A stretch of DNA of 64,000 nt from Hydrolagus affinis (lineage: Eukaryota): assembly GCA_012026655.1 (NCBI GenBank), contig JAAILG010000487.1, positions 1-64,000 on the forward strand, read 5' to 3'. Under the pieces are notes generated by a model, which searched no databases, was not told the DNA's origin, and worked only from the letters and a program-made list of their open reading frames with translations. The position numbers and the translations under genes were made by a program. Shown one piece after another: positions 1 through 11,829 of this stretch (the stretch's first letter is position 1; the number at the start of each line of letters is the position of its first letter).

Positions 1-1819
1 GGACAATCTTGAGTTTGGATATAAAGTAAGAGGGAGTGACTTTTTCCTTGATTAGATTGTACACGAGCTGTGGAATGAATTGTCTCAATGAGCCTAATTA
101 TGTTTTCTCACTGTCCAATGAGATACCACAAACACAACTTTTTTGTTTGCCAAGTGTTCTTGTCTCATTTCCCCATGAATGATCTATTCTTAATCAAACA
201 ATCTCTATTGCCTTTCCATCACACAATATTCCCAAGCCTCTCTTAACATGTAGTAGTAACAAACACTGTGAGAAGCGGTGAAAAGTTTTCTTCTGGTACA
301 GACTTTATTCCTCTGGTTTCTCCTTTTCCATTGGGCTGAGATGTAGCCAACATCAATGAACCTAGGATCTCCCTTGCTTGTATTCCTCAGCAACTCACTG
401 GATAAACTCACTGAGTCATCTGGGTGGTTGATGGGAATACACATGTTTTGGTTTATAAGAAGGTGTTTATGATGGAGATGTGACTGTACATTGTGGGGTA
501 TGTGGCCATCTCGATAAGACGTGGAAAGTGCTATATAAATGTAAGGATTATTATATTATCTCGTCTATTGAGTTCAAACAGACAAATTCTTGTGGGAACA
601 TTTGGAGAAAAAAAGTCACAGCGACCATAGAGAGGAAATGGGAGTATCGTTGAGCAAAAAGATAGTACCAATGTTCTCCTCACTTCTGCTAGATAATACT
701 TTCCCTTTGAATGGTTTGGAAAAGGACTTGGGATGGTACTGTTTCTGTTCTCATTGCGGAGAATTCACCATGTCTATAACCCACCACAAACAGTCAGGTA
801 CTAGTGCAGTTTAGATACAGAGCAAAGCTTCCTCCAGCAATCACTCCCATATCAACTGCAGACCAGGGTAGATAAAATAATGTCTTAAAGTGCTTCACAG
901 TAAAGTGAGAATTGTATGCTGTGTGTTTTGATGATACAAAGGCTCCCTCTGCACTGCTCCCACTGAACCCTTTCAGGTCCAGTCCAACGCAGATTAGATG
1001 TAGGGTGATCCTCTATGTTTCTCCATCCTACAGTCCCAAGTCAGACGCAGCATAGGTCCAACACAAAATAAATCAGCCTCTACATTATTCTGTGCAACAC
1101 AGTTTAGATTGAGGGTAAAACGTACAATTTGTAGTGAATTTTACACAAATTTCTGCTCTGGTGTTGTGGCCATTTGAGAAGATCCAAACTTTATTTCACA
1201 GTGGAGCATTCATGGCAGCACAGAGAATTTAATCCTTAACTTTGAACTCAGTTCCGAAGGTGAAAGCATCACCAGAAGCTCCCTTAGTAACCAGGCTTTT
1301 AACTTTAATAATCTTAAATAGTCACTTAATGTATTACCCTCCTTTCAACCATTATTTATGTAAAAATGAATACGAAGAAAATGTGCGTGACGATGTTCCC
1401 TCCCGATGTGAAAGGCGCTCTATAAATGTAATTTTGTTGTTGCTATGCTTTGGATTTATGACCTCAATAAAGGTTGCCAAGAGTGAACAGAAATAGGATA
1501 ATTAACAGAATTTACCCAGCTGGGGGAACCCAGTATATTAGCTGATGAGGATGAGGATGTCTCGACACTCCTAAGTCTAACCAAGATTGTTTGGTCAAAG
1601 ATATTTAATATCTTGGTTACTGTCCGTCCGCAGATTGACTAAAATTGCCTTGTTACATCATATTTGTCTCAGTGATGCAAGTTCAACTTAAACACCCCAT
1701 TTACCTTCCCCGAAAGGAGATTTATTTTTTAGAAACTTCATAGTGCTATACAGTACTAAGAGTATTCGGATAAATAATAACCGTTTCATTTGATACAGTG
1801 TTCATTATATCAAACCTTC

Positions 1820-1990
1820 TCCACTGTTTGTGTGGGACTCTGCTGTGCGCAATTGGCTGCTGCGTTTCGCCCACAAATATACAGTCAATTCACTTTACAG
1901 TATATTCCTGTAAGCGCTTTGAGACGTCTAGAAGATGTGAAAAGCGTTATATCATATATAAAGGATTATTTTTATTATTATTCTTATTAA
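1820..1990 (+). mobile_element. Same SINE family, 3' half
   Basis: Deu core GCTGTGCGCAATTGGCTGC plus tail. Confidence 0.8.
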
Positions 1991-2128
1991 AAAAGAATGG
2001 ATGAAATACTGAATAAGCCATTGTCAACCATACAAATGAACCAAGGAATGTTTGAATGTTTAAATGCTATAATTGATCTTCACTTATATACATTAACAAA
2101 CAGACAAAACAGTAGAGTGCTTCACTAC

Positions 2129-2134
2129 TTTATT
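2129..2134 (-). terminator. Polyadenylation signal AATAAA of lectin A
   Basis: AATAAA about 77 nt after the stop codon, followed by a GT-rich tract (TGTTTTGTCTGTTTG). Confidence 0.7.
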
Positions 2135-2210
2135 TTCTACCAAGAACAGACCAACACATCAGGTAGAGTATTCAACCTGACAGGCCACTCAAACCAATGG
2201 TTCATGTGAT

Positions 2211-2308
2211 TCAACAAGCTGAACAGTCAGGGGTTGGACAAGCTAGCTTATAAGCACAGACAAAGTTGAACTGTTTGCTGCAGTCTTCAGTTGACCAGAG
2301 AAAGTGAC
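2211..2308 (-). CDS. Lectin A last coding exon
   Basis: T-rich tract + CCAG acceptor; SHFLWSTEDCSKQFNFVCAYKLACPTPDCSAC then TGA. Confidence 0.88.
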
Positions 2309-5300
2309 CTGGAAAAAAATATGAACAGAATGAGATTTGAACCTTTTCAATACATGAAATAAGTATAGAATTGCATGAGTGACTGAGCAGGGAGAGAAGG
2401 TACTCAGAGCACTCCCGATGACAGACCAGCTAGCCTAGTAAGGAATCTTCCCACCCAGCTCCTGTGAACCCTGCAAGCCAAGCTCTAAAGGTTAAGATGG
2501 GCCCAGCAGGAAGCTTTGCAGGCAATACTTTCAGGACTTGCAACCAGATGTTAACTGTTAAATTCTATCAGTGCTCCAGCGTACACTGTGCTGACCCTAT
2601 TACCAACCCATACGTTGTCCTCTGGAATCAGGAAAGCAGGATGTTTCCATGTGGAGGTGGTGGGATGCATGGAATTCTCTGATGTGGATACTCTGAGTGG
2701 TGAGGGATTTCTGCATAACCACGTCAATTTTTTTTTATTGCTCCTTGATAAATAATATCATGTTGCGTTATTCGTTTGGGAGAAAATATCATCTGACTGG
2801 CAGAATTTACTGGTTCGCAGCAAGTGAGCAACCAGTAAAGGGCTGAATTATACAACGCATTACTATTTACACTTATTTTATGCGCCTTTCATGATGAGAG
2901 GATGTCCAAATGCATTTAAATTATATATCAAACCACCAAGGCATTTCAATAATGATAATAATCCTTGCATTTTATATAGCGCTTGATCACATTTTAGAGA
3001 AGTCTCAAAGCGCATCACAGAATATACTGTAAAGTGAATTGACTATAGTTTGTGGGTGAAACGCGGCAGCCAATTGCGCACAGCAGCGTCCCCCACACAA
3101 ACAGCCGTGAATCGAGGGACCAATTTATTATTATATTTTGAAAGGAATTATTACCGCTGGAAAAGTGGAATAAGGAAACTTGGGCAATATTTTGGTCTGC
3201 CGGGAATCAAACTCAGGTCTCTCGCTTGCGAGTCTAACCACTGAGCTACAGAACTCCATGTCCTGTCACGGCAAAGGGCAATTTCAGGACAGACACCAGG
3301 AAGATTTTGGTTAATCAGAGGGTAAATAATGACTAACAGTTTGCCAGGAAGGATGGTTGAAGCCAGGCATGAAACATATTTAAACTCTGCCTTGATACCC
3401 TGATCTGAGAATGGTTGGGTGAGTATTCCAGTGGGATGAGTTCAGGGTAATAAAAACAATGCTTAGATACAATGCCATAGGCATGGAAAAGCTGAGACAG
3501 GGCTCTCCAAACAACAACTTCGATATATAGCGCCCTCCACGTCTCAGAGCGCTTCACAATAACCGATCCTGAGCCTGAGACAGGTGGAGGGAGAAAAAGG
3601 TGACTGAAGGCACGGTTGAAAAGAAAGGTCTTCAGCTGAGTCCTGAAACTAGGAAGAGAGGGGGCGAGGAGAAGGGAGTGAAGAAGGGAGTTCCAGAGCT
3701 TCGGGGTGTAGTGGCTGAAGGCATGGCCGCTGATAGTTGAGCGGAGGATTCGAGGACAAGGAGGAGACCATAATCGGAGGAGCGAAGGCAGCGGGAGCTG
3801 GTTTGAGGAGAGAGGTCAGAGATGGGAGTGAAACGTCTTGAAAACAAGAGTGAGGATCTTGAAATCGATCCTCTCCAGAACGGAGCCAGTGAAGTCTGAC
3901 AAGGACCGGGGTAATCGGGGAGTGAAGTTTGGTGCGGGTGAGAACGCAGGCGGCAGAGTTCTGAATGAGCTGAAGTTTATGGATTGTGGTGGAGGGGAGA
4001 CCGGCGAGGAAGGCGTTGCAATAGTCCAGCCGAGAGGTGACAAAGGCGTGGACCAGAGTTTCAGTGGCTTTTGGGGTGAAGTATTGCCGGAGACGGGCAA
4101 TATATTGCGGGTAGAAAAATATAGCGTTGGTGAGGGACCGAATGTGGGACTGGAGGGTGCCTGTCAGCGCAAAATTTACATAAATAAGAATTCTGCCTTT
4201 CAAACATGATCTGCTTTGAAGTGGCATCGAGCCTTTGTGTGTCATTCACATACATATGAGAGAAAGTCAACTTACTCTTGTGGTTGAGTGCAACGCAACT
4301 CTCCTTTCCATTTGCGTTCAATGGTTCACTGGGACACCAAGCTGTGTGGTCCATGGGTGTACCATCAGTCCAAACAAAAATCCCCTCCTACGGGGAATCA
4401 ATCACATTTTAATTACCTATCGCCAGCTGTCCAACAATCCCAGGAAAGGATGAGTCGAGGCTCCTGCAGATTCATGTTGTATTGGCCTATTGGGAAACTG
4501 TTGTGCTGTGCACAGTGACACAGGATTGTGCTTTATACACTTAATTAGAATTGTACTGTATATATTAGTATGTACTGTAGTTTTTACTGTGTTTATTTGT
4601 ACAATACTATACTGTGTATATGGTACAGTATTGCAACCTAATACATTGTGTGTAATGGTAGTTCTGTAAAATACTGTGCTGAGTAATGTAGAGTACAATT
4701 ACAGTTGTGTGTACGGTGTTGTGGGGTTCACACTATTACAGTATTTTGCACAATTGCTGGGTTGCAAAGTGAGTTGTGAACCTCAGGCGGACCAGGTAGT
4801 TACCAGTTTAATGCGACACGCTTCAGGCCTGGGACCCAGTCACCTGCTTTCTCAATACAGTATCTTGGAAAGAGATTATTTAGAGATTGGAAAATAAATT
4901 GTGGGAATAATAATAACAAAAATACATTTGGTGGAGCCAGAAAAAGGTGATACTTACTTTGCTGCAGTCACTGCCTCCAAGCCATGTATACGGATGTGTT
5001 ATATACGAGACCTCAATCACATTTTTGACAAACATATGATTCAATCGGCAGTGAATGGACGCAAGGTGGCCATCGGGAGCAGTTTGTTTGCAGTATTGCT
5101 GTGGATTGAGTAACGAAAAATCACAGTTATTCATTTCAAAACAAGAATTGATACTTTAACACCTATAACGACTGTATATTTGTGGGTGAAACGTGGCAGC
5201 CAATTGCCTACAGCAGACTCTCACAAACAGTAGTGGATTGAAATGACCTTTTGGTTTAAAAAGGATTATTATCAGGCGTGTGGAATAAGGAAAGGTTTCG

Positions 5301-6589
5301 CCCTGACCTGCCGGGAATCAAACCCAGGTTTCTCACTTGCGAGGCGAGTGCTCTAACCGCCTGAGCTACAAGTCTCCAGGATTATTGCACTATCAAAGCT
5401 GTTCGATGACCAGATTAGCTTCCCTGCTGTCCTCCGAAACCAAACAATTTAATCAAACAATGAAAGGTGTATTCTGATATACTGGTGAGTCAATATAATG
5501 CATTGGCACTTGCCTCGCAAGCAACACCACCCAGGTTTGATTACTGGGTAAAGCCAAACTTTTGGTAAGTTTGCTTACCCTACATGCCTCTGTTTACCCA
5601 GCAGAAGGTAGGATCCTGGTTGTTAGTTAATGCTTGTTTGCTTTCCTTGGTAATAATCCTTTGTAAAAAAAATCATAACTTAGTCACTCAATCCACTACA
5701 GCAGAGAATACTTCCTTTCTCTAAGCTTTTGAATGTGTCCTCCCGACATGAAGGACTAGATACCAATGTAATTTTGTTGTTGTTGTTTTGAATGTCATCT
5801 TTTACTTGTTTGGAAGTCAGCCAAAAATTGTTGGTTGGGTGGAATATCTTGGTGTGTCATTTGGAGTATTTATTTTCCCACCGTAATAATATTTAAGTGG
5901 TTTAAAACCCTGTTTGTGGGACACTGCTGTGTGCAATCAGCTGTCGGATTTGGACCACAAAAAATAGTCAATTCAGTTTCCATTACATTCTGTGAGGCAC
6001 TTTGAGATGTTTCAACGATGCGATAAGACACTATAGTAATAATAATTATTATAATAACCCTGCATTTGATATTCCATCTGATCACGTCTTTACTGGTGAA
6101 TTCACTGTATAATTTGTTGGCAAAAATGGTAGTCAATTGCACACAGGCAGTGTCCCACAAACAGTCGAGAATTGAGTGACCAAATAAAAAACACAGATCC
6201 ACCAATCGACTAACAACAGGGTTCCTACTTACTGTTTGGTAAACAGATGAGTGTGGAGAACGAAAACTTCCCTCGCGTTTCACCCTGCCCGGGAATTGAA
6301 CCCAGGTCCACTCGCTTGTGAGGTGAATGCTTTAACCACTGAGCTACAGGACATCTTTCTACATCAGATACAATAATTATTATCAGGGAATATTACTTTG
6401 TTTACCAACCCGAGCATAGTTAAGGCACGATTGTCATTATCAGTTTCCAGCAGCCAATCAGATGTAGTCACTCAATGTTAGCTCAACCAACAGAAAACAA
6501 GACTTCAAAACACTGGTTTAAACAAGTCCAGTGGGGAGAGGGGTACTTTACATGTACTTTCTTATATACAGCAACAACAACTTGCACAT

Positions 6590-6622
<33 letters not shown>

Positions 6623-9600
6623 CCATCTTCAATGCAGGATAGCGTCTCACAGCACCTAAATATAATGCTATTACAGTACATTGAATCGTTTATCTCCATT
6701 TTATAAAAAGGGGACAGAGACACACATGAAAAACCCCTTCGAACTCTGCAAGCTTTGTTCTTGTATGTCCCTTATATCAGGAGCCTCTTTCGTCCCCTCA
6801 CATTCTGGACAGCGCACAAGTCTGACAGGCATCCTCCGACTGTGTCTTTCATTTCCTCTCATGCTTCAGATCATCATAGAGTAATCATAGAATTATATAG
6901 CGTAGAGGAGGACGTTCAGCCCATTGAGTCTGTGCCGGCTCTTTGAAAAGATCAAACCCACTGCACCTCTCTCTCCCCATAGCCCTGCAAACTTGTCCTC
7001 CCCAAATAATTATCTAGTGAGTTTTAATCTCACTCCTTCTGTTCTGCTTTCTGCCTCAATCCTCACTCTGTTGAAATTAAAACATACAGTTTATTGCAAC
7101 ATTTCCTCTTTCAACTCATTCTTTTCCTGGACTCAATACCTCAACTTCCTCCCCCAGTCTTTTTTGCCGGTCAATATATATCTAACCACTCTTCAAACCA
7201 GAACTTGCTCAATCTTGTCTTCTCCTGGTCTTGTCAAGTACAGAGGTTCAGCTCTCAACACACACACACACACACACACGTAGCTTTGTAAGAAAAGGAA
7301 AGTTATTGTAACTGAGATGCTGTTTTCTGTGTTTCGATCAATTGATAATTGGATATTTGGATTATCCAGGAGAAAGGTGTTTCCCAAATGGGATCTACCC
7401 TGAGTCTTGATGATAGTTTTAATAATTTAATAGGATAAAGTTGTGGCTCGGAGGTATAATGTGTCCGTGATGTGTTCTCATGAAACCCAGTTAGATCCCA
7501 AGATAAATTGCTGGTTTGCATTCAGTTAGTTTATCTCACCATGTAGAGGTCCTACAAATACGCTAGAGCTGCTTAGGTTGGTATTCACTGTGTGGGTCTA
7601 TATGACTAGATTTCATACATTGGCAAAGCCAAAGCCAAAGTATTACCGTTATTCTGCTGCTACTAGAAGTCAACATCATAATTTGGTTAAATGATCTACT
7701 CAACCGGACATATTAATCAAATAGGCAGCCTGAGTTATTCTGTCCTTGACCAATACTGGAGTCTGCAGTACTCCCAACAGGTTTGAGGCAAAGCAAAATC
7801 TATTTTCTCACTGAAACGGTGATCAACAATGGAACAATAATATACCGCTCATAACGTAATTGAAATCTTGGGTACGTTACCTCTGCATCAGCGAAGCACA
7901 GTTGGAGGTGGATGTATTTGTAACAAACGCCATTCAAAGCAACATAGTCATCTCTGCAAGCGCCTTTACAAATGCCAGATTTATCTTTACAAGTTCGATC
8001 AGCAGCCAGGGTGAATTTATCCTTTGTCATTTCAAAGCTGGATGGTTTACCAGCATACCAGTTAACGGGGGCATAAGACAATGGGACACTGTTTTGCGGA
8101 GGATCATCATAGAAATATGGTTCATTCATTGGTTCATAGCTAGGTTGGTTGATGGGTTCGTAGCCAGGTTGTTCTTTCGGTCCAGATGTAGTTGTGTCTT
8201 TTTTAACTCCAAAGAAAAGTTTTCCAAGTCTATCCATGTATTTGTTATCTTTGTTTCCATATGGATTCTTTGTTGCAAAAGCTGAACAAAAAGATTATTA
8301 TTTCAGAACAGAATTCCCAGAACCTAGAACTTCACTCTAGTTATTATTTATAAATGACTCACATTGAATACCGAAGTGCAGGTGTAAGAAGAATCTAGTA
8401 TGATCCAAATTCTATGGACAGAGTTTGGGCCATAGTAATTTGAGGTGAATGGGATTTTTAAACTGGGCTTGATAGATGTCAAATAACCAATTTGTGACTC
8501 ACCTGCTTGGGTGGGAAGGGGTAAGACAGGTCCCCTTGGAGTTAATCTGGTCCAAAGTGACCAGTTTGTCAACCGGACATATTAATCAAATAGGCAGCCT
8601 GAGTTCTTCTGTCCTTGACCAGTACTGGAGGTCTGCAGTACTCCCAACACAAGGTCCATGGGCATTGTCAGTTTTGCTTTGGTTTGCAGGGTTATCGTGA
8701 ATCGAGTGGGAAAAATCCCTATTCCCAGTGATAGCAGCAAGTCTGGCTGGTCTGGTGTCAAGCCTGACACTCTTCTCAACAGGTTGAGGGGACTTAGTTT
8801 AGGTCATCTCATCCAAAAGACAGCAACTCTGGTAGTGTAGCAACCCTACAACAGTGCACTGGAGTGTCAGCCTGAATTATGAGCTCAAAGACTTGATCTG
8901 GGGTTTAAACTCACAATATTTTGATCAAGATTACTATCATCTGAGTCAGGCGGTCATATATGCTGAGAAAATAGTTGGCATCACAAAGTATTATTGGCAT
9001 TACAGGTTATTGAAGTTCTAAAGGAAACTATAAATGTTTCTTTCAAACAAATGGTTTTAGGGTTGGTTAGATTTAGTGGTAAATGGTGAACACATTTGTT
9101 CAATGGGTGAACCATTCTTAAGAGAAATGGTTTGGATAGCGAGATAGACTGTGGTCATTGGCAGCTGAAGACGCAGCAGGAACACTTGCCAGGCTGGGCT
9201 CTCAATGATAATAATAATCCTTGCATTTGATGTAGCGCTTTTCATATCTTCTAGACGTCTCAAAGCGCTTCACATAATATACTGTAAAGTGAATTGACTG
9301 TATATTTGAGAGCAAAACGCGGCAGCCAATTGCGCAGACCAGTGTCCCACAAACACTCATGGATTGAAATTACCAATTTTTTTTAGGGATTATTATTAGA
9401 CGTGGAATAAGGAAACTTGTCCAAAGTTTCACCCTGACCTGCCTGGATTCGAACACAGGTCTCACGCTTGTAAGGCGAGCGCTCTAACCACTGAGCTACA
9501 ACATTGCCATAAGCAATGAGGTTTTAACTGGTTGGACTCCAGTGATATCTCAACACACACTCCCCAAGCAAACATTTCATGTCATACATGGGAATATTTC

Positions 9601-10000
9601 CCATGTGTGGGTGGCATACATATGTAAGTAGACTCTCAGTCCCGTTTGGATAGACTTAAGCAAGGTGATGGGTTTCCAGAAGTGTTAGTCACACAACTGA
9701 CCCGAGAAACAAATAAGGGAAAATGAAATAAAAACATGCTTTAACACCAGCTCATTTTATCCAAATTGTTTGTTTGACTTGAGAAGACACTCGAAGAGGG
9801 CTTCACCCTTACACCAGTGAGATATGGCAGTGCAAATAAACAACAATGGAATGCAAAGGACTGTTTCCTACGAGCACAGTAAACCCTGACGCTGACCCAC
9901 TCTGGGCTGGTGAGGATCACACCCGCGTTCTGAGAAGAGAAAGGAGAGTATTACCTGTACCAGCAGGGACGACCAGGATGAATAGAGTCAGATGTAACAT
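2211..10000 (-). CDS. Lectin A: secreted C-type lectin domain protein (REG/group VII-like gene structure), 265 aa; join(9955..10000,7881..8281,4958..5098,4276..4387,2211..2308) on minus strand
   Basis: Five exons with canonical GT/AG join in frame (46+401+141+112+98=798 nt). Signal peptide MLHLTLFILVVPAGTAFA, then CTLD hallmarks GVCYKY, DAEQYC, GHLASIH, WLGG, WTDG, ESCV, FVC. Confidence 0.88.
2949..3258 (-). mobile_element. tRNA-derived SINE (Deu-domain body, LINE-like tail ending in (TTA)n)
   Basis: Minus strand reads TGGAGTTCTGTAGCTCAGTGGTTAGA (A box) ... GCTGTGCGCAATTGGCTGCCGCGTTT ... GCGCTATATAAATGCAAGGATTATTA; family present in more than 20 copies in this window. Confidence 0.85.
3510..4170 (-). 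mobile_element. L2-clade LINE 3' fragment
   Basis: ETLVHAFVTSRLDYCNAFLAGLP...LQLIQNSAA...ITPVLVRLHWL (ORF2 C-terminus, frameshifted) plus tail. Confidence 0.88.
4276..4387 (-). CDS. Lectin A coding exon 4 (112 nt)
   Basis: EGIFVWTDGTPMDHTAWCPSEPLNANGKESCVALNHK; TAG acceptor, GTAAGT donor. Confidence 0.9.
4958..5098 (-). CDS. Lectin A coding exon 3
   Basis: QYCKQTAPDGHLASIHCRLNHMFVKNVIEVSYITHPYTWLGGSDCSK; CAG acceptor, AAA|GTAAGT donor. Confidence 0.9.
5170..5378 (-). mobile_element. Same SINE family (head and body)
   Basis: Matches the other copies. Confidence 0.8.
5880..6352. mobile_element. Two SINE copies tail-to-tail (about 5880-6045 plus; 6043-6352 minus)
   Basis: Body and tail in opposite orientations meeting at an AT-rich tail. 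Confidence 0.7.
6586..6622. repeat. (TA)n microsatellite
   Basis: Read directly. Confidence 0.9.
7258..7279. repeat. (CA)n microsatellite
   Basis: Read directly. Confidence 0.9.
7700..8649 (+). repeat. About 80-bp direct repeat (7700-7779 and 8569-8649) flanking lectin A coding exon 2
   Basis: TCAACCGGACATATTAATCAAATAGGCAGCCTGAG...CTGCAGTACTCCCAACA; 2 substitutions and 1 indel between copies. Confidence 0.92.
7881..8281 (-). CDS. Lectin A coding exon 2 (pro-region plus N-terminal CTLD)
   Basis: TTTTGTTCAG acceptor; AFATKNPYG...CKDKSGICKGACRDDYVALNGVCYKYIHLQLCFADAE; GAG|GTAACG donor. Confidence 0.9.
9206..9500 (-). mobile_element. Near full-length SINE
   Basis: Tail, Deu core and tRNA head all present. 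Confidence 0.85.
9955..10000 (-). CDS. Lectin A coding exon 1 (signal peptide); exon 9955-10026
   Basis: Polypyrimidine tract and TTTAG acceptor; CAGCAAAATG start; MLHLTLFILVVPAGT+G, then GTAATA donor (phase 1). Confidence 0.82.
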
Positions 10001-10124
10001 TTTGCTGACACTTTCTTTCACCAGCTCTAAATAGAACAAAACGAAGGAGAAAAAAAAAAGCAAAATAAACACAATTCGAAACGGACGATCTTGAAATGAA
10101 GAATTTTACTGAATGGCTGCATAC

Positions 10125-10225
10125 CTCACAGTGTCAGTCGGGATAGTGAGCGAGGCACCAGCAAAGCTGGACTCCAATCTCCAGCAATAATCAACAAGGG
10201 TAATTGCAGAGCGAGACCTTTTAAG
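10125..10225 (-). promoter_or_regulatory. Candidate non-coding exon 1 and core promoter of lectin A
   Basis: GAG|GTATGC donor at 10125, 98 nt upstream of the signal-exon acceptor; TTAAAA TATA-like element near 10220. Transcription start not determinable. Confidence 0.45.
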
Positions 10226-10894
10226 CTGTTTAAAGCTTTGTTATGAATCACACAATGGGGACCATATTAAGAGCATGAAAGACTGGGTTTTTGTGGCTCT
10301 AATTCTATCCTTCTGGTATACCTGGACCAATCATGTGAGTCTGACCTACAGAGCCAGCCCCAGAACAAAACCCATTAACTTTCCACACTTTGAATGCAGA
10401 GATGGTATCTACTGTTAAAAATTAAAATGACTGAGTTTAGTCAGATTGTTGGTGGAGATGCCAGTTTCAGACCCAACTCAGACAGTTTTATTCATTGGGC
10501 TGCATAAAATGTTGGGTCAGCTGCCAATTGAGGGTAAATAAGAACTTTTACTACTTACTCAGAGTTAGCAGAGACCTAGCACAAGCAGTCCCCACACAGA
10601 ATAGAATGAACTATTTCTCTGTCTATCACAAACACAACCATGAGGTGTGGAGAAAAAAAACATCCGGGAATTCTCTTCAGAAATGATCTGGAGCTAGGAG
10701 TCACAAGCACAAGTGCGGATGACACAAGACTAATGAAGGTGATAGACTGCAAAGACAAGCAGAGGATAGGTTACAGGAGGACTGGGATATACTGGGTAAT
10801 TGGGCAGATTGATGGGAGATTAAACTAAATGTAGAAAAATGCAAAGTACTTCACATGGGGACAAGAGATCCAGGAAGGGACTACTGTATTATTT

Positions 10895-11210
10895 AATAAT
10901 AATCCTTGCTTTTGATATAGGGCCTTATTATGTCCTTGAAACATCTCAATGTGTAGAATTGACTGTATATTTTGTGGGAGAAACGCAGCCAATAGCGCAC
11001 GGCAGTGTCCCACACATGGCCGTAGATTGAAGTGACCAATCTATTAATAGTAGTAGTTTTTTTTTGAAGGAATTATTACCTGCTGAAGTGTGATCCGCCA
11101 ATCAACCAGCGACTGGGTTCTGACTTACTGCCAGGTAAACAGAGTCATGTAGAATAAGGTGTAACATTTCTCACTGCTTGTTGGGCGAGCGCTCTAACCA
11201 CTGAGCTGCA
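10895..11210 (-). mobile_element. SINE copy
   Basis: Tail, core and partial head. Confidence 0.75.
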
Positions 11211-11279
11211 AATATTTAAATGGAAGTAAAAATAATGTGTATGGAAAATGAAAAGAACCTGGGTGGGTGGGGTCCTGAT

Positions 11280-11800
11280 TGACGATTCCGATCCCTGCAA
11301 TACAAAAAGAATTTAGCAGTAATTGAGAGGATACAGAAGAGGACAACCAAAACGATTGAGGTAAAAAGGAGTCTGGGCTACGAGGAGCGAATGGGTAAAC
11401 TGGGCATGTTCATACTGGAGAAGGGAAGGTTGAGGGGTGACGTAATTATGGACGTTAAGATTCTAAAGGGATGAGATATTGTGGACCATGTTTTATCTTG
11501 TACTGAATAGTACAGAGGACGCGGTCTGTGATTGAAGGAGGGTAAATTCAGAACAAATCTGCAGAAACACTACTTCAGTGAGCGAAGCAGTAAACCTAAG
11601 GAACAGGCTCCCTAGGGAGTCAGTGGAAACAGAAAGTATTGATTCTTTCAAGAATAAATTAGCTAGATTTATGTGAGGAAATAATATCTTTGGATACAAT
11701 ATATAGTTTGGGACATGACATGCAACTGCCAGGATGGTGGAAGGTGAACTGGATGGACCTTGGTCTTCCTTCGCCAAGCAAATCCTTAGGTTCTCATAAG
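11280..11800 (+). mobile_element. CR1-clade LINE 3' fragment
   Basis: Decayed ERIQKRTTK...YEERMGKLGMFILEKGRLRGD motif. Confidence 0.75.
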
Positions 11801-11829
11801 TTGATGCTTCAAACAAGGTAATCTTAGGG

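Noticed and set aside
2130-2213. Selenocysteine read-through of the lectin A TGA after a Cys-rich tail
   Set aside because: The 3' UTR is very short, with only a small TCAGGT/ACCTGA hairpin and no SECIS geometry.
2214-2225. C-terminal CSAC as a prenylation signal
   Set aside because: The protein has a signal peptide and would not meet cytosolic prenyltransferases.
3649-4245. 198-aa ORF as a host gene
   Set aside because: It is a frameshifted L2 ORF2 C-terminal fragment.
4276-5098. Type II antifreeze protein identity for lectin A
   Set aside because: Has WLGGSDC and WC but lacks the CC doublet and CW partners that make up the antifreeze disulfides.
7860-8285. 141-aa plus-strand ORF
   Set aside because: Antisense shadow of lectin A coding exon 2, with no recognisable motifs.
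9870-9930. Extra micro-exon after the lectin A signal exon
   Set aside because: The pyrimidine tract and AG lie only about 25 nt from the upstream donor, too short for an intron; the frame joins correctly without it.
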